51,766 bases of DNA from Nanobdellota archaeon (GCA_022703705.1 JAKLDD010000003.1:1-51766); one strand, 5' to 3'. Positions 1 through 9,733 are shown, counted from the stretch's first letter. Numbers and translations: made by a program. The notes: generated by a model not told the origin, from the letters alone.

Positions 1-1
1 A

Positions 2-655
2 ATTTGAACCATGGGAATTAAAGCAGTTTCCACAATTTTTTCCGCAAACTTCATCACATTCATGCCCTAAAGAAGAACAAGTGTCCACACAACTAATTAC
101 ACATTTTCCTAAACTGCACACCATCTCTCCAGAACACTCTCCACAGCTGCCCTTGCACCCGTTATCTCCACAAATTCTATCTGTGCAATTGGAAGTACAT
201 CTATAAATATCAGAAGAAGAATCCCAAGTATACCCTACATCTCCTTTAATCTCCCTTCCAGACTTTAACGCAATTATTGGAAGCACTGTGATATTCTGCA
301 AATTGTTTGGATTAATTTTTTTAAAAGTAAAATTAAAAGACTTCATCCCAAATTCTTCAATTGAAATTTTTTCTTTAAAAGATTCTGATTTTGAACCATC
401 ACAAAATTCAAAATTTAATCCAACAAATGTTCCCCCACCCAAATTTCTTTTAAGAGTAAAAAAAAGCTCATTATCGATTATTTGAACATTTTCAATTTTT
501 AAATTAAAAGAAGAATCTCCCAAGGGAACAGAACCCCCCCTTATAAAACTATTAATTGCAAGAAAAAGAATACCTACTGAAGCAAAAAAAGAAAAAATAA
601 TTAAAATTGCTATTATTGAACGAGGTATTCCCCTTTTATCCTCTTTTAACTGCAT
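2..655 (-). CDS. Partial (3' end cut by window edge) membrane-anchored Cys-rich secreted/surface protein
   Basis: Absent from the ORF track because it runs off the window. My reverse-complement translation from ATG 655-653 stays open to position 2. It starts MQLKEDKRGIPRSIIAILIIFSFFASVGILFLAINSF (N-terminal TM anchor) and ends in a CxxC-rich module, CTSNCTDRICGDNGCKGSCGECSGEMVCSLGKCVISCVDTCSSLGHECDEVCGKNCGNC. Confidence 0.6.
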   Translation of the reverse strand, partial: MQLKEDKRGIPRSIIAILIIFSFFASVGILFLAINSFIRGGSVPLGDSSFNLKIENVQIIDNELFFTLKRNLGGGTFVGLNFEFCDGSKSESFKEKISIEEFGMKSFNFTFKKINPNNLQNITVLPIIALKSGREIKGDVGYTWDSSSDIYRCTSNCTDRICGDNGCKGSCGECSGEMVCSLGKCVISCVDTCSSLGHECDEVCGKNCGNCFNSHGSN

Positions 656-712
656 TAGATAACAAATAAAAATGTATTAATAAATATACCTAAAATGTAT
701 TAAAAATAAGAT

Positions 713-976
713 TTATTTTAGCTTTTTAAAGTCAGATTCTATTAAATCCAAATCTTTGGTTATTTCTAAAATAGCATCATTTAATGCTTTTTTAGCTGCT
801 TTTCCTTTTGTTTTAACGAGCATAATTGGGTTTTTTGTTATGTGTTCTCTTTTCCAAGCAGCAAAAGTTACTGAAGAGTCTTTATTGAGATATACTCTTA
901 AAATTTCCACTAAAGTAAGATTATCTGATTGAAACTCTATTTCTTCCTTGGAATTTTTAAGAATGTTAATTTCCAT
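713..976 (-). CDS. rpoL: DNA-directed RNA polymerase subunit L (Rpo11)
   Basis: 87 aa. The pattern MEINILK..EIEF..DNLTLVEILRVYL..D..V.FAAWKREH....P.MLVKTKG matches archaeal RpoL/Rpo11 in size and layout. Confidence 0.8.
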   Translation of the reverse strand: MEINILKNSKEEIEFQSDNLTLVEILRVYLNKDSSVTFAAWKREHITKNPIMLVKTKGKAAKKALNDAILEITKDLDLIESDFKKLK

Positions 977-1010
977 AATAAATTAGAATAAAATTAGTTT
1001 TTAAAGCTTA

Positions 1011-1796
1011 TTATTTATCATTTTCACCAAATAAAATTTCATCTGTTTCTTCTTTGGTAATCTCTTGTTCATCTTCAGAAGATTCTTTTTTATTTTCATC
1101 TTTCTTCTTTCTTTTAAAAAATGAAAAAATCCCTTTTTCCTTTTTTTTAGTCATGTTCTGCAAATCTGAAATAGTAAGTGCATTGGTAGTTTCTTCATTA
1201 AATTTAGCATCTTTTTCAAAATCTTCTTTTAATTTTTGCTTGTTTAAATCTTCTAAACTTAATCCAAACCCCTCTTTAAAAAGTTTAATCTTAAAATAAT
1301 CCTCAAGTTTTTTAACTAATGTATCTGATGTGTTTACAATATGCCCTTCTTCAGCCATTCTTATTGCAATCTCAGATTCTCCAATATATTCGGCTAATTG
1401 TTTTTGAGAAATTTTTTTGGACCTTCTTGCCATTTTAATCGCCCAGTGAAAGTTTTCAATTAAATCGGTTCTTTGTTCAGAATTAATTGAGACTTTTTTT
1501 GCAAAATTCTCATCAACAATATCTTTTAAAGTTTTATTCTGTCTTTGTCTTTTAAGTGCTTCTTCTCTTTCTATTATTCTCCCCTTATGCTTTTCAGGAT
1601 CAAGATGCGCCATTGATGAAAGTCTTTCATAAACTGTTTTTACTTTTTCTGGTCTATCAAGATAATCTTTTCCAATTAATGGAAATTCTTCTACCTCATT
1701 ACACTTCTTACAAATTTTAACAAGTCCTTTTGAAGAAATAGCATCAAACAACATTTCTTTTTCATCTGAAACACCGCATCTAATACATTCTACCAT
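1011..1796 (-). CDS. Zinc-ribbon + XRE-type HTH protein (MBF1-like) with K/E-rich C-terminal extension
   Basis: N-terminal CIRCG...CKKC zinc ribbon. Central HTH ISQKQLAEYIGESEIAIRMAEEG followed by LVKKLEDYFKIKL, as in archaeal MBF1. Confidence 0.45.
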   Translation of the reverse strand: MVECIRCGVSDEKEMLFDAISSKGLVKICKKCNEVEEFPLIGKDYLDRPEKVKTVYERLSSMAHLDPEKHKGRIIEREEALKRQRQNKTLKDIVDENFAKKVSINSEQRTDLIENFHWAIKMARRSKKISQKQLAEYIGESEIAIRMAEEGHIVNTSDTLVKKLEDYFKIKLFKEGFGLSLEDLNKQKLKEDFEKDAKFNEETTNALTISDLQNMTKKKEKGIFSFFKRKKKDENKKESSEDEQEITKEETDEILFGENDK

Positions 1797-1860
1797 TAAA
1801 AAACAAGAAAATTCCCCTTTTTTAAGATTTAGATAGTGAAAAATATAAAGAACTAATAAT

Positions 1861-2559
1861 TTATGGCTTTAAAATTATAATTTTTTTTACTTCTTCAGGA
1901 TTGAATATTTGTTCTTCAAGGTCTTCAAGAGTAGTGATTTCATCTAAAACAAGAGATTCATCAATAATTAAAGAGGGTGATTGGATTATATTATAACTTT
2001 CTTTAATCATATTTACAGAGCCTAAATCCAAATTAGCTGCTATTGGAAGCAAAAGAATTTTTTCAGAATTTTTTCCTTTCAAATCCATTAAAATCAAACT
2101 AAATACTGTCTGTTTTGATTTAACTTCCACATCTTTAGAAGAATAATCAAAAAAATACAGAACAGTATGAAAATCCTCCCCACATCTATCTCTTAATTCC
2201 AATGATTCTAACCAAAGATTAACTCTCAACAAATCATATCTTTTATGAAGAATTTTTCTTTGTTCTTCTGTAAGTTTAGACTGGGCGCTATTTTCTTCAA
2301 ATTCCAACGCTTCTGCATAAATTTCATCGGCAAAATCAAATAGATTTTGTTTTGCACTCTCACAACTTAAATTAAGTCTCCCACTTAATTGAGAAGTTTT
2401 TATTTGTTGGTCTAAAAAATCCACTTCTGAACTCCTAATTAAAAAATCAGATTTATTAACATTAGAAAGCTCTATGTAAAATCCCAAAATAAGCCCAGCT
2501 GCAAAAACAAAGATAGTTACTATCAAAGCTTGCCAAAATGCGTTTTTACTATTTACCAT
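1861..2559 (-). CDS. Hypothetical protein with N-terminal TM anchor
   Basis: 232-aa ORF with an N-terminal hydrophobic helix (ALIVTIFVFAAGLILGFYI). No recognisable catalytic motif. Confidence 0.5.
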   Translation of the reverse strand: MVNSKNAFWQALIVTIFVFAAGLILGFYIELSNVNKSDFLIRSSEVDFLDQQIKTSQLSGRLNLSCESAKQNLFDFADEIYAEALEFEENSAQSKLTEEQRKILHKRYDLLRVNLWLESLELRDRCGEDFHTVLYFFDYSSKDVEVKSKQTVFSLILMDLKGKNSEKILLLPIAANLDLGSVNMIKESYNIIQSPSLIIDESLVLDEITTLEDLEEQIFNPEEVKKIIILKP

Positions 2560-2560
2560 T

Positions 2561-3805
2561 TTACCACGAATATTTTTTTATTGCGAGTTTATACAATGAA
2601 CTAATCATCACCAAAGGATAAATCATTAGGTACAAGGTCAAAAAGAAGATGAGATTAAAAAGATTTATATTCTTGAGATTAAGTTCTTTCATAGTCATCA
2701 AAGCAAACAAAGTATAAAAACACCCCAATAAAAATAAACTTATCCCAAAGAAATTTAAAATAGTTGGATTAAAACTAAGAGAAATTAATCTGGTAACTGC
2801 TTCATTTGCAACAATAGAATAATGAGTTGAAAAATAAGTTAATAATAAACTTCTAGTGATTAAATATGTAAATAAAATAATTCCTATAACCCCAATAAAT
2901 AAAGACATGCTAAAAAAGGGTATAACAAACATTCCAAGCATATTTTTTCTGAGAGCCCATTTTTTATATTTTAAAATTGTTTGAGTCCCTCCAATATTCC
3001 ACCTAACTCTTTGTTTCCACCATCTCTTAAATGTTTTTGGGGTAACAGTATAAATCTTTGCATCTAAAGACATTCTGGCTTTATATCCATGTGACATCAT
3101 TCTCCAAACAATTTCAATATCCTGAGTTAGATTTTTTTTATCAAACAATCCAATTTCAAGCAAGACTTTTTTTCTATACAATGCAAATGGACCGGGAGTA
3201 ACATACACAGCATCAACGTAATCCAAAAGTTTTCTTGCAAAACAAATAACAACATATTCAAGATATTGAAGTTTTTGAGCAAAACTATGTGCCTCTTTTG
3301 CTAAAACAGCTCCAGTTACTCCCCCAATTTCCTTATCTTTTTGCAAAAATCCAATCATTTTAAGCAAGGCATCTTTTTCAGGGTAAGAATCTGCATCTGC
3401 AACTGCAATATAATCAAATTTTGCTGCTTTAATTCCAATATTTGTAGGTTCTGCTGCTCCTCCGGAATTTTTTTTATTTACAATTAATCTAACGTTCTCA
3501 TATTTTTCAGCATAAGTTTTCACAATTTCAACAGAATTATCTTTAGAGCAATCATCAACAATAATAATTTCAAGCATATCTTTTGGATAATTTAAATTTA
3601 AAAGATTATCTATTGCTTTTCCAATATTTTCCCCCTCATTATAACAAGGCATAACAATACTCACAGGTTCTGGTTTGCCTTCATGATAAAAAAACATTTC
3701 TTTTCTGTGCGGGAAATAAACTATAATCATCAAAACAAGCATATACAATCCTATAAAAGTATAAAAAAAGAAGATAAAATCAACAAAATTCATTTCATTC
3801 TCCAA
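2561..3805 (-). CDS. Family 2 glycosyltransferase, processive (cellulose/chitin/NodC-like) membrane enzyme
   Basis: VSIVMPCYNEGENI, IIVDDCSKDNS, ADADSYP and the QxxRW motif (QRVRWNIGG), flanked by N- and C-terminal TM helices. Confidence 0.8.
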   Translation of the reverse strand: MENEMNFVDFIFFFYTFIGLYMLVLMIIVYFPHRKEMFFYHEGKPEPVSIVMPCYNEGENIGKAIDNLLNLNYPKDMLEIIIVDDCSKDNSVEIVKTYAEKYENVRLIVNKKNSGGAAEPTNIGIKAAKFDYIAVADADSYPEKDALLKMIGFLQKDKEIGGVTGAVLAKEAHSFAQKLQYLEYVVICFARKLLDYVDAVYVTPGPFALYRKKVLLEIGLFDKKNLTQDIEIVWRMMSHGYKARMSLDAKIYTVTPKTFKRWWKQRVRWNIGGTQTILKYKKWALRKNMLGMFVIPFFSMSLFIGVIGIILFTYLITRSLLLTYFSTHYSIVANEAVTRLISLSFNPTILNFFGISLFLLGCFYTLFALMTMKELNLKNINLFNLIFFLTLYLMIYPLVMISSLYKLAIKKYSW

Positions 3806-3871
3806 AAATAATACTAAATTTATTCATTTTATTAATTCGAATTTTCTTTTTTTAAAGATAATTGTGATGAA

Positions 3872-4477
3872 TTATTCTTCTTTAATTCTATTAATTTCTT
3901 CCTCTTCAACCTCTTTTTCAGCAAGTTCAATTTCGCGATTTAATTCATCGCTTAATTTTGGGGGAGATGTTCTTTCACTTTCAGAAATACTAAAATAATC
4001 ATAAAAATCATCACTTAGACTTAATTCATGCGTGTGTCCTGTTTTTTTCTTTTTTATTAAATCCAAATCAGAAAATTTTTTTATATGGTCATATGCTTTG
4101 TTTCCGCGTATTTTTATTATAACAGATTGTTTTATTGGCTGTTTAAATGCAATTATTGCAAGAGTTTCCTGTTCTGCTTTTGTAAATTCAGAACTCCCTG
4201 TTGCAAGCTTGTTTATAATGTGAGAATATTCTTGTCGAACATCCATTTTCCACAGCCCATTTTTTTCAATAATTTCAATTGCTAAATCATTTTTTTCATA
4301 TTTATCTTTAAGCTTATCAATTAATCCCCGAATAAGTATCGGATTTAAATCACTTAAAGAAATCAATTCTTGCATACTCAAAAATCTTCCTGAAATAAAA
4401 AATACTGCTTCTAAAATCTTCAAATCTTCATTTTCTTTTGCTTCATCAATCTCTTCTATTGTTTTGCTTCTAACCAT
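3872..4477 (-). CDS. scpB: Segregation and condensation protein B (ScpB)
   Basis: LEAVFFISGRFLSMQEL and TKAEQETLAIIAFKQPIKQSVIIKIRG are the two ScpB winged-helix signatures. Confidence 0.7.
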   Translation of the reverse strand: MVRSKTIEEIDEAKENEDLKILEAVFFISGRFLSMQELISLSDLNPILIRGLIDKLKDKYEKNDLAIEIIEKNGLWKMDVRQEYSHIINKLATGSSEFTKAEQETLAIIAFKQPIKQSVIIKIRGNKAYDHIKKFSDLDLIKKKKTGHTHELSLSDDFYDYFSISESERTSPPKLSDELNREIELAEKEVEEEEINRIKEE

Positions 4478-4507
4478 AATAAATAAAATAGGGGGGAGTT
4501 TATAAAA

Positions 4508-6415
4508 TTAATCAGATTTGAGATAATTTGAATTAAAAATAATCAATAAAAAAAATCCAAAAATGCTCAAAAAAATAGAAAAATAATCAAGAAAATTAGT
4601 TTTATAATAAATCAAAACCCCATTAGAATTTTCTTTAGGATAAATCGCCATAACACCTGGACCAACTTCTTTAATATTCAAAACCTCTCCAGAAGACAAA
4701 TCTTTTGCTCTCCAATTCTTATGATAAAATTCTTTAAATAAAACAACATCATCTCCATCAAAATTATCATAAGTTATTTTCAATTTATCAGGATGAACTC
4801 TTTGAACATTAGATTTTTTTATTTCTCCAAAAGCATCTTCATTTAAATTATCTACTAAAGAAATTATTGGTTTTGCATCCAAATATTCAAATAAAACAAA
4901 ACTATATCCTTTTGGATTGAATTGTTTAATAAGTTTAAATCTGTTATCATTTTCAAATTTTTCTATGAAGTCTACATCCTCATTTGCTTCAAAATATTTT
5001 ATCCCAAACCAATCAAGATAATATATAGATTTGTTTATTTCTTCAGATTCCCAAATGGTTTTAATAAAATCTCTATGAATATCTATATTTAACATACCTA
5101 CATCTTGGTATCCAAAAGTATGCTGAACGTTCGGCATAAAATAATTAATTGTCTCTCCAAAGACATATCTTGAAGTACCAAAACGATAATTAGAAAACGC
5201 GTTTTCAATTGGAAAATCTGAATCGAGAATTATTTCTTGTATAATTTCATACCTGCTTCCTTCCCTACAATAAGAATATTCATTAAAATTTTTATTTATA
5301 ATGGTAAAATTCCAAAGGATTCCGAAAAATAGAATTATCAATAATAAAAACAAGAGTATTTTCTTTGATTTTTTGATTTCATTAACAATCAAACCAAGAA
5401 AAATAGCCAATAAGATGGAAAAAGGTAAGATTATTCTAACAGGATCCATTCCAAAAGGGTAATGATTGCTTAATCCTCCAAAAAGCAGAAATGCAAAAAC
5501 AAATATCGACAACAAAATAAAAAGTAAAAATTGTTTTTTCCACAATTTTTTAAAAAAGAAAATTACCAGAGAAAAAACAAATAGAAAAGAGAGAATTCCG
5601 ATTCCACCTGCCTGCAATCCCCAACAACACTCATCAAATCCAAATAAAAATTGAATAGAAGGGACATATCCAGAAGAAGTCTCAGAAGAATTAGAATAAA
5701 AAATAAAAGGAATAAACCAAAAAGATGCTAATAAAACTGGAATTCCTCCACAAATTAAAATTTTTTTAATATTTTTTAAATTAATGCCTGTGACTAAAAA
5801 ACGAAGAATCATTAAAACTCCTATAAGAAAACCGATTAAGATATGAGTTAGAATACCTATAAAAAAAGTAAGACAATACAAAACAAAAAATTTCTTTTTT
5901 CTTTCTTTAATAAATAGTTCAAGAAAGTATAATGAAAAGGGCAAGGCCCATAATGCTGAAAAATATGGCAAATTTCCTGTAGCTATCCAATAATACGAAA
6001 TACTCAAAACAGTTAAGAAAATTAATCCAGAAAATAAAGCAATTTTCTTATTTTTAGTTAAATAATCTAAAAGCAAATATATTCCAAAAACTGCAAAAAG
6101 CAAACTTAAAAAACAAATTAAATTTGAAACAAAAAAGATATTAGAAAAAATTAAAGAAAAAAAGGCTACAAAATAATAAAACAAAGGAGAATACAATTTT
6201 AAAAATAAAGTTCCAGAATACCAGGACATATCCCAATTAGCAAAAGGGTATTCTAAAATATAAGAAACTTTGCTTAAATGACCCAAACTATCTAATCCTA
6301 ATGGTAAATTTGAAAATAAAGGCTTATAAAATAAAAAAAAAGTGAATCCAAAAAGAATCAAAAAATAAATCCAATTTTCCTTGAAAAACTTATTCATAAA
6401 GAATAAAGAACACAT
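4508..6415 (-). CDS. Large polytopic membrane protein, possible GT-C-type glycosyltransferase
   Basis: 635 aa with more than 10 predicted TM helices followed by a soluble C-terminal domain. It lies inside a glycosylation cluster. An alternative ATG at 6397 (MNKFF) is possible. Confidence 0.5.
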   Translation of the reverse strand: MCSLFFMNKFFKENWIYFLILFGFTFFLFYKPLFSNLPLGLDSLGHLSKVSYILEYPFANWDMSWYSGTLFLKLYSPLFYYFVAFFSLIFSNIFFVSNLICFLSLLFAVFGIYLLLDYLTKNKKIALFSGLIFLTVLSISYYWIATGNLPYFSALWALPFSLYFLELFIKERKKKFFVLYCLTFFIGILTHILIGFLIGVLMILRFLVTGINLKNIKKILICGGIPVLLASFWFIPFIFYSNSSETSSGYVPSIQFLFGFDECCWGLQAGGIGILSFLFVFSLVIFFFKKLWKKQFLLFILLSIFVFAFLLFGGLSNHYPFGMDPVRIILPFSILLAIFLGLIVNEIKKSKKILLFLLLIILFFGILWNFTIINKNFNEYSYCREGSRYEIIQEIILDSDFPIENAFSNYRFGTSRYVFGETINYFMPNVQHTFGYQDVGMLNIDIHRDFIKTIWESEEINKSIYYLDWFGIKYFEANEDVDFIEKFENDNRFKLIKQFNPKGYSFVLFEYLDAKPIISLVDNLNEDAFGEIKKSNVQRVHPDKLKITYDNFDGDDVVLFKEFYHKNWRAKDLSSGEVLNIKEVGPGVMAIYPKENSNGVLIYYKTNFLDYFSIFLSIFGFFLLIIFNSNYLKSD

Positions 6416-6454
6416 CTATTTATAAAAGTTAATAATCTTTTTATAAATATCAAA

Positions 6455-6850
6455 ATGAAAATTCCAAAAATTGTTAAAAAAATTTTCTTTTTTGGAGCCA
6501 CAGGGGGAATTGCTACATTAATAGACCTTCTTTTTTTTAATTTATTTTTTATAATCTCTTCGATGTTTGTTTTATCAAGAATCCTGGGAATTTTAATTTC
6601 TATGATATTCAATTTTACTTCAAATAGAAATATAACTTTTAATGCGAGAAAAGGAAAAGTGCCTAATCAAGCAATTAAATTTTTAATTTTGTATGGCATT
6701 TCTATGGGGGCAAATGTTTTAACCGGAAAATTTATTTTGTCTCTATTGGAAGAATCTTTGTTTTCTGCAAATATTGCAGCAATTTCGGGGCTGGCGGTTT
6801 CAATACCAATAAGCTTTTTTGGATTAATGTTTTGGGTGTTTAAAGAATAG
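6455..6850 (+). CDS. GtrA-family membrane protein (glycan-lipid translocation)
   Basis: 131 aa with 4 TM helices. FFFGATGGIATLIDLLFFNLF and NFTSNRNITF match the GtrA family pattern. Confidence 0.7.
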   Translation: MKIPKIVKKIFFFGATGGIATLIDLLFFNLFFIISSMFVLSRILGILISMIFNFTSNRNITFNARKGKVPNQAIKFLILYGISMGANVLTGKFILSLLEESLFSANIAAISGLAVSIPISFFGLMFWVFKE

Positions 6851-7537
6851 TCTATATTTTATTAATGATAGAATTGAATTAATTCCCTTAAGAGTAGTAA
6901 GGTGTGAACCCACACAATCCTTCCAAGAAATAGGAAATTCTTTTATTTTGTATTTTCTTTTTTTACAAAGATATAATAAATCAACATCAAATTCCCAGCC
7001 TTTTTCTGTTAAATTTTTTGAAAGAAATTTAGCAACATCTTTTTTAAATAATTTTGCCCCACATTGAGTATCTTTAAATTTAAGCCCAAACAAAATCCTA
7101 ACAAAAATGTTAAATAAAAAACTGCTCGTTCTTTTTTTAATTTCTCTTTTTGGAAAAATTTTAGCTCCTTTCATTTTTCTAGAAGCAATTATACCATCAA
7201 ATTCCCCAATATTTTTGTATAATTTGTAAAATTCTTCAGGAGAAGTACTTTCATCAGAATCAACAAACCCAATTAAATTTCCTTTTGCCAATTCAAATCC
7301 CTTTATTATAGCCCCCCCTTTTCCAACATAACAGGGAATATTATAAACAAAAATATTTTTCTTATTAAAAGAAAATTTCTTTACGATTTCAAAAGTTTTA
7401 TCTGAGCAATTATTTGGAATTACAATAAATTCAAAAGAACTTTTTAATTTTTCTTTAAAAAAATTATAATAATTTTCTAAAATAGGTATAATTCTTTTTT
7501 CTTCATTATATGCAGGGAAGATTATTGATAACTTCAT
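6824..7537 (-). CDS. Family 2 glycosyltransferase (dolichyl-phosphate hexose synthase-like)
   Basis: MKLSIIFPAYNEEKRI, a DxD-like motif in GFVDSDESTSPEEF, and a size typical of Dpm1/AglK-like enzymes. Confidence 0.75.
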   Translation of the reverse strand: MKLSIIFPAYNEEKRIIPILENYYNFFKEKLKSSFEFIVIPNNCSDKTFEIVKKFSFNKKNIFVYNIPCYVGKGGAIIKGFELAKGNLIGFVDSDESTSPEEFYKLYKNIGEFDGIIASRKMKGAKIFPKREIKKRTSSFLFNIFVRILFGLKFKDTQCGAKLFKKDVAKFLSKNLTEKGWEFDVDLLYLCKKRKYKIKEFPISWKDCVGSHLTTLKGINSILSLIKYRLFFKHPKH

Positions 7538-7625
7538 ATAATATTATAAAATTAAGATATTAAAAGAATTTGCATCCTTATCAATAATTATTTAACTATA
7601 AAAAACATGAAAAAATGGTAAAGAA

Positions 7626-8183
7626 ATGAAAAGAAAGAGAGTAAAAAAAAGAATAAAAAGTAAGAAGAGAAAAAATAAAAGAAATTTTTTATATATTATC
7701 TTGCTAATTTTACTTACTCTGATTTTAATTCTATTTTGGGTAAGATTGGTATCCCCAACAGAAATAGATGATGTTACTCCTGGGATATCTTGCCCCGAAA
7801 TTGAGATTTATAATCCGGATATTTTATATGTAATACCGAATTTTGAAAACAATCCAATTTCAGAAAATGCTGAATGGTGTGATTATATTTCTTCACTTAA
7901 CAAAACCTTAAGAATGCACGGAATAAAACATACTTACAAGGAATTTTTATATAATGAACTTTCTCAAGAAGAGTTAGACTATGGAATTTCAGAATTTGAA
8001 AAATGTTTTGGGTTTGTTCCAAACAGTTTTAAATCCCCTCAACTTGAAACTTTCTATGAAAATAAACAATTAATAAAAGAGAATAATTTAAAATTCATGT
8101 CAATATTTAATCAAATAACTCATAAAGTTTATCATTGTGATGATTCTACTTTTCCATACAATAAAGTGATTAATCTTTTCTAA
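7626..8183 (+). CDS. Membrane-anchored hypothetical protein (possibly DUF2334/deacetylase-like)
   Basis: Basic N-terminus plus TM helix. LRMHGIKHTYKEF resembles the HGxxH..EF motif of DUF2334. Weak call. Confidence 0.35.
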   Translation: MKRKRVKKRIKSKKRKNKRNFLYIILLILLTLILILFWVRLVSPTEIDDVTPGISCPEIEIYNPDILYVIPNFENNPISENAEWCDYISSLNKTLRMHGIKHTYKEFLYNELSQEELDYGISEFEKCFGFVPNSFKSPQLETFYENKQLIKENNLKFMSIFNQITHKVYHCDDSTFPYNKVINLF

Positions 8184-8206
8184 ATAGAATTTAAAATTCA
8201 GATTTT

Positions 8207-9733
8207 TTAAAATTTAAATCTAAGCAAAGCGCCAATTCCAGATAAATTGAAAAACTGCCTGCCCTCTTCTGTATCCGTTGAGACCATCTCAACTTTAGCT
8301 CCAGTATCATCTGCAATCTTTTTAAGTTCTTTTATTATATTTCTATCACAATCTTTTGATAGAAGCAAAGTATCCACTGCCCCGTATTCAAGTGCTTTCC
8401 TTACTGGGGATTCCTTATAAACTACAAAATCTGGTTTCTCTCCCAATGTTTCAAAAAACTTTTCCATTAATTTTTTTTCATAAACAATTTCCTGATTTGC
8501 TAGAATATCCTGCGATTTTTCAACTAACTCTTTTAAACCAGATTCATCACTCCCCCCAATATCAATTTTCCCAAGAACTTTTTTTTGCAAAAGAGTTGGC
8601 AAATATTCTCCATCTAAAAATTCATCTTTTGTAGGAATTGGGCCTCCAATTAAAATTCCCTTTAATTTTTTATTTTCATAAAAAAGATTTTTCATCTCAT
8701 CAGCTATTCTTTTATAAAATTCTTTGGTTAATCCTTCTGTTATCCTGTGAAACCTTTGAGAAGAATTATGAACAACAACGTCATTAGCAAAAAACTCACC
8801 ACATTGAACTTCAATATCTATTAAATTAAATTTACCCTTTTTTATCTTAATATCTTTAATAGCGATTTTTTCTCCAAAATTTTTCAATAAATAATCTCCT
8901 GTTTTTAATTCCTCTGCAGGAATTTTATCCACCTTTATAGTGCGAGTAATTTTATTCTTTGACCAGTTATTATTACGATCATAAATAAAAAAAAGATGAT
9001 CAGAAGAACATTCAATAGTGCTATTGTCTTCTAAAATAATTATATAAAGCAAATTTTTTTCAACTTCCCACCTTTTTAATACTTTATTATAAAAATCATG
9101 TTCTTTATCCATATGATAGGAAGAAATATCATCTCCTACAGCAACCTCATTTATAAAAATTTTGCCTTTATCTTGAACAACTACAGTAGTATCTGGACTT
9201 AAACACTGTCCACCTGCTCTTACCTTACTAGGAACTCCTGAAGTCATTTTTTGCAAAACTTCTATTCTTTTACCTTCCAAAATTCCTATTGCAGCTTCTT
9301 TTCTATCCATTACAAGCAATGCATAAATCTCTGATACTTCAAGCATCTCTTTTAATGCATCAAGAACAAATTCCTTATCACATCGATATAATCGTGATTT
9401 TAAAGGCATTGGAGGTTCAATACCCCAAATCTGTAAATCATCCTGCCCTTCTATTTTTGAAATATTTCCACAAAATATAGCCATCCCATTTTCAGGATTT
9501 CTCTTCAAATCTTTAATATATCTGACAATTTTATCCAAAGCATCCACTACATTTTTCCTTGTCGAACTGGATTTAATATTTTTAGCAGTGGATTTTTCAG
9601 CTTCAATTTGTTTTTGCACTGAAACAGCATCATAATCTGCAGGAATATAAACAGTAATAAGTTCTGTATGTCTTCCCTTGTGCTTGCTTAATTCTTCCAG
9701 CAAAATCTCTAATTCATATTTTGAAATTGCCAT
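8207..9733 (-). CDS. prf1: Peptide chain release factor aRF1, interrupted by a mini-intein
   Basis: NIKS motif (TAKNIKSSS), YRCDKEF and GGQ (VRAGGQ). The extein resumes with SSQRFHRITE after a 147-aa insertion. The C-terminal domain is typical of aRF1. Confidence 0.9.
   Translation of the reverse strand: MAISKYELEILLEELSKHKGRHTELITVYIPADYDAVSVQKQIEAEKSTAKNIKSSSTRKNVVDALDKIVRYIKDLKRNPENGMAIFCGNISKIEGQDDLQIWGIEPPMPLKSRLYRCDKEFVLDALKEMLEVSEIYALLVMDRKEAAIGILEGKRIEVLQKMTSGVPSKVRAGGQCLSPDTTVVVQDKGKIFINEVAVGDDISSYHMDKEHDFYNKVLKRWEVEKNLLYIIILEDNSTIECSSDHLFFIYDRNNNWSKNKITRTIKVDKIPAEELKTGDYLLKNFGEKIAIKDIKIKKGKFNLIDIEVQCGEFFANDVVVHNSSQRFHRITEGLTKEFYKRIADEMKNLFYENKKLKGILIGGPIPTKDEFLDGEYLPTLLQKKVLGKIDIGGSDESGLKELVEKSQDILANQEIVYEKKLMEKFFETLGEKPDFVVYKESPVRKALEYGAVDTLLLSKDCDRNIIKELKKIADDTGAKVEMVSTDTEEGRQFFNLSGIGALLRFKF
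8765..9205 (-). mobile_element. Class 1 mini-intein (147 aa, no homing endonuclease domain) inserted directly after GGQ of aRF1
   Basis: Codon TGT at 9205-9203 gives Cys1 (CLSPDTTVVV, block A). ECSSDHLFF matches block B (TxxH-like). The insertion ends FANDVVVHN (blocks F/G) with Asn at 8767-8765, and the +1 extein residue is Ser. Confidence 0.85.

Noticed and set aside
288-485. 65-aa + strand track ORF
   Set aside because: It lies antisense to the open, motif-bearing minus-strand ORF 2-655. It has low-complexity composition and no start context.
1054-1299. Many short Leu/Phe/Ser-rich track ORFs antisense to confident genes (for example 1054-1299, 4032-4285, 5466-5654, 8356-8634, 9289-9480, 11546-12292, 13064-13425, 16496-17610, 22068-22358, 23955-24277, 24475-25656, 31118-31324, 34399-35211, 42286-42561, 43096-43710, 46605-46865, 51475-51711)
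   Set aside because: These are shadow ORFs expected on the opposite strand of K/E/N-rich genes in AT-rich DNA. Every one overlaps a gene with clear family motifs.
6394-6612. 72-aa minus-strand ORF
   Set aside because: It overlaps the GtrA-family gene on the opposite strand. The GtrA pattern is convincing and this ORF has none.
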